Shown: positions 44,969-58,332 of the stretch, piece after piece
Layout of the letters: every line of letters begins with the position of its first letter
Position numbering within the stretch: position 1 is the stretch's first letter
Source: an uncultured Planctomycetota bacterium
GTDB lineage: Bacteria; Planctomycetota; Planctomycetia; Isosphaerales; Isosphaeraceae
Length of the DNA stretch: 64,000 bases
Assembly: GCA_963845755.1 (NCBI GenBank)
Contig: CAWJTV010000031.1
Location: 299,835 to 363,834, forward strand
Direction of reading: 5' to 3'
The notes under the pieces: model-generated
Told to the model about the DNA's origin: nothing
Database searches by the model: none
The model's input: only the letters and a program-made list of their open reading frames with translations
Program-made: the position numbers and the translations under genes

Positions 44969-45678
44969 GCACCGCCGAACGGACCCGCCCGCCCAAGACC
45001 CTCCCCCCGCTGGTCGCCGGCGATCGACTCGATCAGGCCACTTTCCACGAACGCTACGAGGCGATGCCGCCGGAGACCCGGGCCGAACTCGTCGGAGGAA
45101 TCGTTTATATGCCATCGCCGATGCGAGGGGACCATGGGATCAAGAGTCGTTTCGTCTCCGGGTGGTTGTTTCGATATGAATGTGACACTCCGGGAATCGA
45201 GGGTGCGGATGCCGCTACGGTGAAGCTCGATCGCAGTGGAGAACCGCAACCGGATCACTTCCTCCTGATCCCACCCCATCTCGGAGGCGAAAGCGGCTTA
45301 GACTCGGAGGGTTACTATACAGGGCCCCCCGACCTGATCGTCGAAGTCGCCCGCGCGAGTCGTCATTATGACTTGAACGACAAGAAGGCTGACTACCAGC
45401 GCACGGGGGTTCGCGAATACCTGGTCATCGAGCTCGATCCCAACCGGATCCACTGGTTCATCCGCCGCGGTCGCCGCTTCCAGAAGTCGCCGCCCAGCCC
45501 CGATGGGATCTACCGCTCGGAAATCTTCCCCGGCTTATGGCTCGATGGCGATGCCCTTTTCGCGGAGGATCGGCGCCGGTTGATCCGGGTCCTGAAACGA
45601 GGTCTGCGGTCCCCGGAGCATGCGGAATTCGTGGCGAGGCTGGCCGAGGCCCGCCGGCGCACCGGCGACGCGAAGTAA
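44965..45678 (+). CDS. Uma2 family PD-(D/E)xK endonuclease, copy 2
   Basis: Same motifs; ATGA overlap with copy 1. Confidence 0.88.
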   Translation: MSTAERTRPPKTLPPLVAGDRLDQATFHERYEAMPPETRAELVGGIVYMPSPMRGDHGIKSRFVSGWLFRYECDTPGIEGADAATVKLDRSGEPQPDHFLLIPPHLGGESGLDSEGYYTGPPDLIVEVARASRHYDLNDKKADYQRTGVREYLVIELDPNRIHWFIRRGRRFQKSPPSPDGIYRSEIFPGLWLDGDALFAEDRRRLIRVLKRGLRSPEHAEFVARLAEARRRTGDAK

Positions 45679-45723
45679 CGGGTCTTCGCATCCATTCGAG
45701 CCTTGCGTCTGCCGCAGTCGAAC

Positions 45724-46326
45724 TCAGCTCGCCTCATTCTTCAAGATCCGCACCTCTTCCTGAAGCATCTTCTGCACGCGGTGCTTGGCCACGAAGACGT
45801 TGGCCACGGGGATGCCGAGCCGGCTCGCGGCGTCGACGCCCGAGAGACCCTCCAGCGCGGTCATGCGGAAGGCGTCCCAGGTGGCGTCCTTGACGCGGTT
45901 CTTGATGCGATGCATGGCGACCTCGAGTAGCTCGCGGTCGAAGGCGTCTTCGAGCTGCCGTTCCAGGTCCGATCGGGCCTCGGCCGAATCGGCGATCGTC
46001 TCGATCCGATCGGAGTTCCGGCCGGGGTCCTTGCGTCGAGCGGCGATGAAATCGCTCCAGGCGTGCTGGGTCACGGTCTTGAGCCACGCGCGGAAGCTGC
46101 GCGACGGATCGTACCGGAACTTCCCCAGTGCGGCGAACAGCTTGACCAGGACCTCCTGGGCGACATCGTCGGCGTCGGAGTCTTGCAAGCCCCAGCTCAG
46201 GCACCAGGTTCGAATGCGGGGCTGATACCGCTCGACGAACAGATTCCATGCATGAGGATCGCCGGGATCCTTCTGGAGCCGCTCGAGCAAGGTCAACGAG
46301 GTATCATCATCGCGATCGCGCGGCAT
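45724..46326 (-). CDS. ECF sigma-70 factor
   Basis: TSLTLLERL, AWNLFVERY, DADDVAQEV, SFRAWL, region 4 VFVAKHRV. Confidence 0.9.
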   Translation of the reverse strand: MPRDRDDDTSLTLLERLQKDPGDPHAWNLFVERYQPRIRTWCLSWGLQDSDADDVAQEVLVKLFAALGKFRYDPSRSFRAWLKTVTQHAWSDFIAARRKDPGRNSDRIETIADSAEARSDLERQLEDAFDRELLEVAMHRIKNRVKDATWDAFRMTALEGLSGVDAASRLGIPVANVFVAKHRVQKMLQEEVRILKNEAS

Positions 46327-46644
46327 CGGCGCACCCTCGCATCAGGTGCGGCGCGCAGGCCATGGGATTCCGGCGACGCCTCCATCGTGCGCTGGACCGG
46401 ACTCAGTCAAGGCGGGACTGCATCTCGCCGCTCGCCGTTACTCTATCACGTCGCGGCGACGGCGAATAGGATTCCCCACTCTGCCTGACCATCCGGGTCG
46501 GGAGGAGTGAGACCATCGGTGAAAATGAATCCATTTCGTCGCGAACGCGGCGACGATCCAGGAGGCCGAAACCCGTCCCGGCCGATTCTTCCCAGGCTCC
46601 GGTACCAACGGAGAGTGCGCGGCGACTCCGCTGCGCCCGATTCG

Positions 46645-46753
46645 TCCCCCCCTTGCGAAGGGAGGGTTCGGGGGGGTTATCCTGGTGCGATCGCCCGGCC
46701 GATGCGGGACCCTCTGTCTCGAGCGCCTCGGCCCCCACTTCGCAGGGGGGAGA
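46645..46753. repeat. Inverted pair of CCCCCCTT(G)CG(A)AGGGGGG-type palindromes
   Basis: TCCCCCCCTTGCGAAGGGAGGG (46645) and CCCCCACTTCGCAGGGGGGAGA (46732) are near reverse complements. Confidence 0.55.
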
Positions 46754-49700
46754 CAAATCCCGCACGAACCAAACCGGAAGTCCGTGTGTCCTCGCCCCAC
46801 TGGGATTCGATGGCCGTGTCGAGGGCCTCGGTCTGTACCGCAGGGTTCGGCCCTGATTCGCCCGCGCCCTCGCCCATGTGCGAAGCGGGTGCCAACCGCC
46901 AGCCGGTCGGCGACCCTTGTGCGGGCAAGCTCGACGACGGCGATGAGCCATCACGATCGCTCGCATCGCGGTTCCCCGGAACCCCGGACGCATTCTGCCG
47001 CCGAAACTCTTCCAGCGCCTCGTCCAGGCCGAGAATGAGACGCTCCCACGGTGAGAGGACCGCGGGGACCGCGCCGGCTGCCGATTCGTCGGATTGCACC
47101 GGCTCATCGCCGGCCCCGCCGCCGCCGCGACCGGACGACAACAGCGGTTGCCCCACCGAGGTCCCCGTCCCCGACACGAACGCACCCACGGCCAGCGCCT
47201 CCGACTCCGCCGGGCCGAACTCCAGCTCCTCGCTCGAGACGTTGATCGTCAGCGTCAGCACCGTCGCCACCAGCGGCAACGCATTGTCGTTCAACGCCAC
47301 CAGTTGCACCGAGGTCGGCGAGGGCGACGGACTGGCCGGCCCCGGCGCTGGCACGAGTTCGACGCTCAGGCTCAGCGCCACCAGCTCGGCCGACTCCCGG
47401 CCCGACGTCGCCGCGTAGAATTGAACCTGACCGCTCGTCAACGCCGAGAACGCCAACGCCGTCGGATCCGGCACGTTCGGCTCATTCTCCACCGACATCA
47501 GGCCCAGGCCATCCGCCCCGCCCTCGTACAACGCCAGCGATCCATCGCCCTCGTTACCGACGACCAGGTCCTCGAACCCGTCCCCCGAGCTGAACGCAAA
47601 GGCGGCATCCGGGTCCACCCCGCCGGAGGCGATCGTGCTCGTCACCGGGTCTGTCCCCTCGAAGCCCGAGATCAGCGTCAGGTCGTTCGAGCCGGCGTTG
47701 ACCGTGACCAGGTCGGCCTGGCCGTTGAAGTTGCCGACGAACGTCGGGCCGGGATCGCTGCCGACGGAGTAAACCGAGGCGTCCTGGTCGTCGAAGAACC
47801 CCTGGCCCGCACCCGGCAGCAGCACGACATTGTTGGTGACGCTGTTGGTGACCAGGAGGTCGAGGTTGGGGTCGCTCGAGAAGTGGCCGACCAGTGTGGA
47901 GACCGGCCCAACCCCGCCCGAACTCAGCCGCGGACCCGCCTCGAACGAGATCGCTCCGCCCTTGTGCGAGGTGTTCAGCAGGATCGAGACCTGGTTGGAG
48001 CCCTTGTCGGCGATCACCAGGTCGGGCAGAAGGCCCGTGAGGTTGGCCACCGTGATGCCCACCGGGTTGGTGCCGACGAAGTAACCATTGCCGTCATTGA
48101 TCGCCGGACCGAACTGGCCGTTGCCCAGCCCGGGGTAGATCAACACGTTGTTGCTGCCACTGTTGGCGACGATCAGGTCGGGGATGTTGTCACCGTTCAA
48201 GTCGGCCAGCGCCACGGCGCCGGGCTCGAGCAACCCGGTGGACTGATCGGCCAGCACGTCCGAATTGCTCGGCTCCGTAATCGACGACCACGCGATCGAG
48301 CCCCTGGTCGGCGTAGATGATATCCTTGGAGCCATTCCCGGTGAGGTCGGCGACGGCCAGCTCGACGGCCTGGTTGGCTTCGTGGTAGGGCGCGAAGGTA
48401 CCGTTGCCATTGCCGAGCAGGACCAGGACATCGCCGTAGGCGTCGCCGACCAGCAGATCGAGCTTGCCATTGCCCAGTCAGATCGGCAACGCGTCAACCC
48501 GTCGGCTTCGCTGGGCACTGCGTAGGTCGTCGGGGGCAGGAAGCCTCCCTCGCCGTTGGCCAGGTAGATGCTCACTCCATCGGCGGTCAGCACGGCCAGG
48601 TCGTCGAGGCCATTGCCAGTGAAGTCGCCCATGCGGACGATCTGGGCCGGGCTTGGGGTATCGATGGTCACGGGATTGGCGAAGGACCATCCTCCGCCCA
48701 GGTTCGTCGAGTACGTCGAGCGTGTTCGAGCCGGGGTTGATCGTCACCAGGTCGGTCGGACCACCGGCCGTGAGCGGCCCGGCCGCCACGCCGGCTGTCA
48801 CCTCCAGGCTGGTCACCTCGGGCGTGCTGCCCGGGATCGATCGCGGAAATCCGGTCCCGGCGCGATACGGGACCAGGGCCGCGAATCGGTCGTCGCCGTC
48901 GTTGTACAGGACGCTCACCTGGGCGGTCAGCTTGTTGGTGACCACCAGGTCGAGGTGACCGTCTGCGTTCGTTTCGATCGCCTGGACGTCGGAGACTCCC
49001 AGATCCCACCGGGATCGTCATCGGCGGCAAGAAGGGTTGGTCGAAACCACGCCAGGAAGCTGCCGAGCTCGGTTGTTGAAGAAGACCGACAGGGTGCCAT
49101 CGCCGGCATCGCGGACGACCAGGTCGTCCCAGCCGCTGCCATTGAGATCGGCCGCGATGATCTGGGCCGGAAGTTGGCCGGCCACGAGAGACCCGATCCG
49201 GACGAAGCTGCCGTCACGGAAGGCAAAGAGCGAGATCGCATCGTCATGGGCATCGACGCTGGCCAGCAGCGGCCCGTCCAGGGTGTTGCGCACCCAGACG
49301 ATGTCGCGCGAGGGGTATTCCACGACTCCGGTTGAGGGATCGACCGGGTGGACCGTGACGGGCGGCTCGAAGTTGCCGGGCTGGCCGGGGATGCCCTGGC
49401 GGTAGAGGATATCACCCTTGCCATCAACGACCAGGACATCGTCGGTGCCGTCGCCATTGACGTCGGCCACCAGCGGCGTGGCGAAAGGGGTCGTCGCGAA
49501 CTGGCCGGCGTCGGCAAGCGCGCCTTCGCTGTTGCTCAGGAGCACGGAGATGTCGTTGGAGAAGTAGTTGGGATCGGCTAGATCGGATCGGCCGTCGCCA
49601 TTGAAATCGCCCACCACCATGGCGAGAATATCAAATGCCGATGCGTACGTAACCGCGGGCTGGAACGTGCCGTCGCCGTTGCCCAGAAGCACCGAGACCT

Positions 49701-52700
49701 CGCCCGCGGGGAAATTGGAGTCTGCCACGGCCAGGTCGAGGTGGCCATCGCCCGCGAAGTCGCCCACCACGATTGCGGTTGGTTCGCCACCGAGCGGGTA
49801 AGTAATCTGGGGCTGGAACGTGCCGTCGCCATTGTTGAGCAGAATCGACACGCTACCCGGTGCGAAGTAGGTCGAGTTGGCGACGGCCAGATCGCTGCGA
49901 CCGTCACCGGTGAAGTCCCCCGCTACGATGGCTATGGGATTCTCTCCAACCGGGTAGGTGACCTGAGGCTGGAACGTCCCATCGCCGTTGCCCAGGAGTA
50001 CCGATACCGTATTGTCGACGTAGTTCGCAACGGCCAGGCCGATGTGGCCGCCGCCCGTGAAATCGCCCGCCGTGATCGCAAATGACTCGAACCCGACGGC
50101 GTAGGTCACCTGAGGCTGGAAGGTGCCGTCGGCATTACCTAGCAGTACGGAGACCGTGCCATCAAATGGATTGGTAACGGCCAGGTCGAGGGGGCCGTCA
50201 CCCGTAAAGTGACCAGCCACGATGGACCAGGGCCCGAATCCATCCTTGTAATCTTGGGCGGGTTGGAACGTCCCGTCGCCATTACCCAGCAATACCGACA
50301 CCGAGCCGGAGTTGCTGTTGGCGACGGCGAGGTCGAGACGTCCGTCCCCGTTGAAGTCGCCCGCCACGATGCCTTCCGGCGTTTGCCCCACCGCGTACTG
50401 GACCGCAGGTTGGAACGTGCCATCGCCGTTGCCCAACAGGATGGAGACCTCGTTGGTGTTTTCGTCCGTGACGGCGAGGTCGAGACGTCCATCCCCATTG
50501 AAGTCGCCCGCCGCGATGGAGTTTGGACTCGACACCGGGTTCTCCGCCTGGGTCTGGAAGGTGCCATCGCCGTCACCTGGCAAGATCGACACCGTACTGG
50601 AGACCTGGTCCGCGAGGGCGAGGTCGAGACGTCCGTCGCCCGTGAAGTCGCCCGCCACGAGGGAGTCGATCCCCTCCTCGAACGCGCAATTCCGGGCGGG
50701 TTGGAACGTCCCGTCGCCGTTGCCTCGCAACAACGACACAGTGGCGTTGTCCGCAAGGGATTCACTGTTCGTGGCAACGGCGAGGTCGAGATGGCCGTCG
50801 CCGGTGAAGTCACTCGCCACGATCACCGTCGGGAAGAACCCCACCGCGTACTGGACCCCGGGTTGGAACGTGCCGTCGCCGTTGCCCAGCAGCACGGAGA
50901 CTTGACCTTGAGGGGAGTTTTCGTCGATCCAGTCGATCACGGCGAGGTCGAGACGTCCGTTGCCCGTGAAATCGCCCGCCACGAGGGAGCTGGCTTCCGC
51001 CCCGGCCCCATAATGGACCGCGGGCTGGAACGACCCGTCGCTGTTACCCAGGAGCACGCTCACGCCGCCCGGATCGGTCCCCGACCCACCAAACGACTCG
51101 TCGCCATGATCGGCGACGGCGAGGTCGAGCCGGCCATCTCCGTTGAAATCCCCCGCCACGATCGCATCAGGTTCGGTTCCGGCCGCGTCATCAACGGCGG
51201 GCTGAAACGTCCCGTCGCCGTTGCCCAACAGTATGGAGATATCGTTAGATCCGGAGTTCGCTACAGCCATATCGAGGTGGCCATCATCGTTGATGTCGCC
51301 CGCCACGATCCCTTCGGGACTCGTCCCAACCGGATAATCGACGGCGGGCTGAAACGTCCCATCACCGAGACCGAGCAGGACCGAAACGGTGCCCGAGCTT
51401 TCATTGGCGACAGCCAGGTCGAGCCGACCGTCTCCGGTGAAATCGCCGGTCGTGATCGCGGAAGGATCGTTTCCGACTGCGTAATCGACTGCGGGCTGAA
51501 ACGTCCCGTCGCCATTCCCGATCAGGATGGAGACGGTGTTGGAGCCTGCGTTGGCGACGGCCAGGTCGAGCTTACCGTCATCATTGAAGTCTCCTGACAC
51601 CATCGCATCGGGGTCGGTCCCGACCGGTACGGGCTGAAAAGGGGTCGTCGATGGCATGAACATGGTCGTCAGCGTGAATGACCCGTTGCCGGCCGTGTCC
51701 CGGACCTGGAGCGAGTACGTACCGGGTCCGATGTCCGCATCGATCGCGTCGATGGACTCCGCCGACGATAAGCCGTCGCTCTGCATGATAATGCGACCCT
51801 GGGAGTCGGAGAGCGACATCGAGGTTGAGGTGCCCACCGCCTGGGCGGTCGCCACCAGGTCCGCGCCCGTAGCCAGAACGATTTGATAGGTGACGACGCT
51901 CTGCTGGGCCAGAGAGAGCGGGACCGCTTCGACTGTCAGCATGGCCGAGGACGTGCCGGTCGAGAAACTGGAGCCGCCCAAGGTCACGCCCCTGACCGTG
52001 ACATCCGAGTCCACGGAGAGCGGGTCGTCCCCGGCTCCCTGGCCAACAATCGTGATCAACGGAGCGCCGGCGTAGCCTGGCTGCGTCGTACCGTCGATGA
52101 TGAGCGGATCCGTAATCGCCGGCAGGGGCGAAGCCGCCACGATCGTCTGAACTCCGGTACCCAAAATGGCGAAGTGGATCGTATTCGTGCCGCCCGCGGC
52201 GCTGTTGGAATCAAGGATGGCCTGGCGAAGTGATCCGGGGCCGCTGTCCGCGGTGGTTGTGACCTCGAATTGACCGGTCGTGACGACGATCGCAACCTGG
52301 GATGAGATCGTTGCGGCACCGTCCGACTGCGCTTCTAAGGTCAGCGCGGGGTTGCCCTGGTATCCTGCTGGCGGGACGAACGTCATCCCGTCCAGCGCCG
52401 CCTTCAGCGCCGAGAGGGGGCCGCTGTAGGTTAGTGATCCGGTGCCATCGCCCGTGCCGCTCAGGCCAGCGGTCGTCGCGAGAGTCAACGTCCCGGCCGC
52501 GACCGAAAGCGTCAGGTCCCATACCGGATTCAACGGGCCGGCGTCCGGGTCTCGCAGGACGATCCCATCGCTGGAAGCCGCCGCGAAGGTCACCGGCTGA
52601 CCTGGGGACAGTCGGATCGTCTGTGCGGGAACCTCCAGATCGCCCTGTCGCAGAGCCGAGACTTCGGAGGTGTTGCCCTGGGGATCGGTCGCCGTGGCTG

Positions 52701-54614
52701 TGATGATCGGCAGCCCGGCAGGCGCCGTGAAGGGGACGGCAAAGGTCGCCTGTCCCGTCGCGTTAGTTGTCAACTCCAGCGACCCCAGATAATCTTGAGC
52801 CTCCCCGCGCCGCCAGGCCCGTACCCGGCGCTGGCGAAGATATCGATGCGATACGTCGTATCCGGTTGACTGCCTCCCAACCACCCCTCGTTCTGGCCGC
52901 CGAGCGTCGTAACGATGAGCGGGAAGTTCTGAAGGTTATTGGGGCCCTGACGCGGCGCGGTCCCATTCTCCGTCACTCCGTCGTCGCCGAGGTCGATCGC
53001 CTGTCCTGCATTGCCGAAGATCCGATTCGAGGTGATTTGATTGCCGACCGCTGCGTTCCCTGTAACCGCCACTCCCGGCCCGCCGTTATCGGTGATCAGG
53101 TTGCCCGCGATCGCCGACGTCCCGCCAACTGTGTTGTCGATGGAAGGGCTATAACCCTCGATGTCCACACCGTCACCGAGATTTCCGAGAGCCTTGGTAC
53201 CGGTGGCGTCGGTGCCAATCAGATTGCCCTCGATGAGAGTACCAGAAGCGCTCTGAAGCTCGATGCCCGAATTGGTCTCGTAGCTCAAGTCCGAGGCACC
53301 GTTGCCCGAGATGACGTTCGCCGCGCCGGCACCGGTGCCCCCGATCGTATTGCCCGAGTTGGAAAAGACCCAGATCCCAACAATGTCGTTGCCCAGCGCG
53401 ACCTCACCGGTGGCATCAGTCCCAACTCTATTCCCGGCAATCACGTTGTTATCCGCACCGATGTCGACCATGACTCCATCGTTTCCAGCGGCCGATATGA
53501 CGTTGCCCTCGTCGCTCATCATAGCGCCGCCATCCGGGTTGACCCCGATGTAGTTACCGGACGCGCCAAACGCGAGATGGACGTCATAGGTACTGACGCC
53601 AAGAGGAATCGTTCCGGTCAGGTCGGTCCCGATGTAGTTGCCGGCCACGAGATTCGCGTCGGTGCCGGTACCGACGATGTCGATCCCATCGTTGTCGCTC
53701 CCGGCGATGACATTCCGCTCGCCAGCGTCATCCACGCCCTGGCCATCGGTACCGATGCGATTAGAGGAGGCGCCGCCCTCGATCACGACTCCGCCACCGA
53801 TGAGTGTTTCCGTACTGCCGGGGTTTGCCGGCGGGTAGCTGGCCGGCGAGGTACCGTTGTCCATCGCGATATCCCCGGTGACACTCGTGCCGATCAGGTT
53901 GCCCGCAACGGCGTTGCTCTTCGTGCCCTGGCCGTTGATCCAGACACCCACGAACTGGTTGCCGGAGATCACGTTCTGCTCGGCTGCGTCGTTGGTGCCG
54001 TCTCCATTGGTCCCGATGAGGTTGTTGGCGGCTCCCCCGTCGATCTCGACCCCGACATTGTTCGGCTCGGGTTGCGTGCCGCTTGGATCGGTGCCTAGCA
54101 AGTTGCCATAGATCCAGTCGCCCGTCGCGTCGGTTCCTGTAATGTGGAGGCCCGCACCCTGGCTGAAACTGTTGACGTCCAGCCCGCGGACGGTGACGTG
54201 CGGCGCGGTGATGTCCAGGCCGTCGCCGCCGCCGGCCTGGCTGCCGTTGATCTCGATCAGGGGTAAGCCGGAATAGCCGGGTTGCGATTCGCCGTCGATC
54301 AGGACCGGGTTGGTGATAGCCGGCAGGGAGGAGAGCGGCATGATCGTCTGCACGCCGGAGCCGGAGATATTGAAGTCGATCGTGTTCGTGGCCCCCGTCG
54401 CGGCGTTGGATTCGAGGATCGACTGACGGAGCGAGCCGGCGCCGCTATCGCCGGTGTTGTTCACCAGGAAGGTCGAGAGCAAGGTCCGTTCTTCCATCAG
54501 CTCGACACGGGGCCGGAGCCGGAAGATCGTCCCGCTGAACATCGTGGCAGGCACCGTTCGTCGTCGGCACCGACAAGTGGTTGTATGTCGAAGGCAGACG
54601 TGCATGACGATCAT
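46677..54614 (-). CDS. Giant FG-GAP/VCBS repeat surface protein, ~2600 aa (about five frameshifts; ends approximate)
   Basis: RPRVELMEERTLLS planctomycete motif; DSGAGSLRQ; GNxIGT beta-helix-like repeats; many GDFNGDGRLDLAVAN...LLGNGDGTFQ repeats over ORFs 52770..55274, 49018..52884, 48478..48945, 46677..48671. Confidence 0.85.
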
Positions 54615-54675
54615 CGCAGATGCCCTGGAAGAAGAGCCACGGATTCCTATCGAGACGTGCACGAACCGCTGAGTC

Positions 54676-57600
54676 TCAAGGAGTTGCTGATCCCGACGCT
54701 GGGACAAGCGGCATCTTGGCCGCGGATGCAACCGGCTCACCGAGGTCGGTCGCGGAGAGCCGCCGCCGCAGCGCACGGACGGCCGGGTCGGCCGCCTGCG
54801 CATCGCGCCAGAACGTGGCCCGTTGGTTCTCCGGCATCTGTTTGAGCGCCTGGCGAAGAAGCGCGACGGCACGGTCCTGATACCGGGCGACCAGGTCCAC
54901 GGCCTGCTGACCCTTCTTGCGGGCCTCGGCCGCGACCACGACGCTCGCGAACGCATAAACGCGAGCGGCGTTGTAAAGCAGTCGCGAGGTGGGCTCGCCG
55001 AAGCTGATGGCCTTTCGCGCGTCGGCCACGCCCTCGCGGTGCTCGCCCAGGCGGAGCCGTGCGAGGCCCCGCCCGGCGTAGGCATCGCCCTGCGAGGGGG
55101 TAAGGGGAATCGCCGCCTCGAAGTCGTGCAGCGCCAGTTGGTCCGCGCCGGCGACGATGTAGAGCCAGCCCCGCCGTCTGAGGAGTGCGGCGCGGTCGCC
55201 TCCAAGAGCCATGGCACCGGAAAAATCCTCGATGGCGCCGGGGATGTCCTTGATCGCCTCGCGCGCCAGGCCACGCAGCTCGTGAATCGCGGACCTGGCC
55301 TTCCCGCCCGCGATCAGTGCGTCGCAAGAGCGGAGGACATCGTCGTATCGCCGCGCTCGCAAGAGCAGCCAGATTCGCAATTGATGGGCATCTGGGTAGT
55401 CGGGGACGACTCGGATGGCCTCTTCACACGCCGCCAGAGCCTCGGCCTCACGGTGATCGTTGTCCAGCAACCGCGCCCGGTTGACCTGATCGCGGGCCAG
55501 GACCGGGTTGCCTGGCTTCTCGAGACGAATGGCTTGCTCCAGGTCGCCCAGGGCCCGCGCACGCTTCGCCGGGGTCGGTTGAGGTCGGCCCAGATCGACG
55601 TCCGCTCGATCGCGATACAGGGCCGCCTGCCGCGGGCTCAGCGCGATCGCCCGGCTGAATTCCGCGATCGCCTTCTCGGGTTGATCCTGAGCCTGGTAGA
55701 CCTTCGCGAGGTTGGCATAACCTTCGACGCCGGACGAATTGAGGCGGATCGCGGCTTGCAATTGATCCACGGCCTCGGCGAGGTTGCGGTGCAATGAGAG
55801 CCGGAGCACGCCACGATTGACCAGCACGCTGTAGCGAAGTCGATCGTCGGGCCTGCTGGCGAGCAGTTCCTGCGCTCGCCGGTAATCCGAATCGGCCGAC
55901 GCGAACAACCGATCGACCGGGGGGACTTGCCCGCGAGTCCCCGGGCGCCTCTCCAGCAGATCCAGGGTGATCCGGGCCACCTGGCCCGAGGCGATCCCGC
56001 GGAGGTTATAAAGCCATGCGAACCCCGGCTCGCGCTGGAGGCAGAGGTCCAGGCTGGCCTTGGCCTCGACGGGCCTGTTGAGCTGCAACGAGCAGACCGC
56101 CGACATGGCACGCGCCCAGAAATGGTCGGGCTGGATCTGCAACGCCCTGTCGAACTCCTCGCTCGCCCGGCTGAAGTTCGTCCGCGCGAACCACTCTCGC
56201 CCAGCCAGGAGATGATCGAAGGCGGTCGCAGGCTCGACGGCGTCCGCCGCGTGGCGATCGCGATCGGCGGCCGAGGCATCGCCGGCCCTCGCCAGGCAGT
56301 CGGCCCTCCGAAGATGATAGGCCCGGGTGGGCGGACGCATTCGGGACGCCTGGTCGAGTCGCCGCAGGCCCTGGTCGGGAGTCGGCTCCACCTCGGACAG
56401 GATCAACAGGAGCTCGTAGCATCCCTCGGCGATCTCGGCCCGCTGAGGCTCGGACAGGCTCGTCGGCAACGGCTGCAAGGACCAGGTCTCACCCGAACTC
56501 TTGTCCGCGTAGAGGTCCAGTGCGGCACCTGCCGCGCGGCGAGTTGCGCCCGGATTGCTCGTGCCGACCAGAACGGTAGACATATCATGGTAGCGTGCAT
56601 CATCTCGTAGCTGGAGGAATTTGACGTGACGAGCCCGGTCGGATTCGCGGGCCAGGATTTCGGCCTCCCGTCGTTTCAACTCCTTGAGGAGCGCATCGGC
56701 GTCGTCGCGGAATTCGGCCAGTCTGGGCTCCCGCTGGATCGTTTGCATCGGGTCCGCCAGGGTCACCTGCGCGCGGTCAGGTTGTCGCTGGCCATCTGTT
56801 CTCGAGCCCGGGAGACTCCCCGGATGACCTCGGACTTCAACCCCAGAATACGGGCACTCTCGCTATGGTCCTTCTCAATCTGCTGCCGCTGCCATTCGAG
56901 GGTCGCTACAAAAGCGATGGGGACCGCCGCGACAATCATCGCCAGGAACATGGCCGCTATCGGCCGGCGCTTCGCCCACTTGGCCCCACGCTCCCAGGTG
57001 GAGATCCGCCGGGCCTTGATCGGCTCGTTGCGGAGATAGCGCCCGAGGTCCTCGGCCAGGGCCAGGGCGGACTCGTATCGCCGCGCCGGCTCCTTGTGCA
57101 GGCACTTGAGGCAGATGGTTTCGAGGTTGCGCGGCACGCGTGGGACCAGACGCGACGGCGTCACGACATCGTCGTCGATGACCTGGCGGATCGTCTCGAT
57201 CGGGGTCTCACCCTTGAAGGGCGGGCGCCCGGTGAGCATCTCGTAGAGGATCGCGCCCAGGGCGTAGACGTCCGCCGCCAGCCCGACCTTGCGCGTATGC
57301 CCCGCGCCTGCTCGGGGGCCATGTAGCTGGGCGAGCCCATGATCTGGCCGCTCTGGGTGTGTCCGGCATCCGAGTCGATCTGTTTGGCCAGGCCGAAGTC
57401 GGTGATCTTTGGCACACCATCCGAGCTGTACAGCACGTTGGTCGGCTTCAGGTCGCGGTGGATGATCCCGGCCTGGTGCGCGACGTGAACGGCCCGGGCC
57501 AGGGTGACCATCAGCTCGGCCGCCTGCCGTCCCGGCTGGGGATTGCGCGAGGCGATCGTCCAACCCGCCGCCTTCGAGTAGCTCCAGGGCGACGAACGGC

Positions 57601-58332
57601 AACCCCCCAGCCTCGCCGATGTCGTAGATCTGGATGATGTTCGGATGCCGAACCTTCGCCACCGCCTCGGCCTCGACGCGTAACCGGACCAGATAATCGG
57701 ACCGCGCCTGGGTCCCGCCGCGGATCATCTTCAAGGCGACCAGGCGTTTCAAGCCCTGGTGCCTCGCCTTGTAGACAACCCCCATCCCGCCTTCGCCCAG
57801 CGCGCTGTAGGATGTCGTAGCCCGCGATGACCGGCCAATCCACGGGAGCCGGCCTTTGCCTGTGCGCGTGTGGCTCGGGCTCATCCTCGGTGAGCGAGGT
57901 CGTCCGCTCGGCGTCGTCCACCTCGGAACGCACGCCCCAAGTCGCGTCCTCGGTGCTGCCGGCATCGCCCCCCTTCAGAGCGTTGCCGAAGTCCGAGGTC
58001 GATTCGGAAGACCCTCCGCCATCGACACCGGCGTCGGGCTCCTCGGAATCCGTCCGATCGGAATCGCACGGTTCGCCAGGGAACGACTCGACTCCGTCCG
58101 TGTCGTCGATGATCTCCGTTGACACCAGGGCAACGCTTGGATCGTTGTCGGTCTCGACCGTCCCGACCGACCGTCCTTCGCCCGCGGCCGGAGAACCTCG
58201 AGTCAATCGCTCCAGACGTCCCTGGCAAGGGACGCAGTCTTCGACATGGGCCACGATCCCGGCATCTTCAACGGCCTGTAGCTCTCCGTCGAGGAAGCGC
58301 AGCAATCGGTCGTCGCTCGGGCAAGCATTCAT
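54676..58332 (-). CDS. Ser/Thr protein kinase with N-terminal zinc-finger, TM and TPR array (about four frameshifts)
   Basis: CPSDDRL...[66 protein letters not shown] 54676..56766. Confidence 0.88.

Noticed and set aside
49500..51620. DNA-level repeats as a DGR or recombination array
   Set aside because: Explained by FG-GAP protein repeats (likewise the WD40 repeats at 36250-38230); no reverse transcriptase
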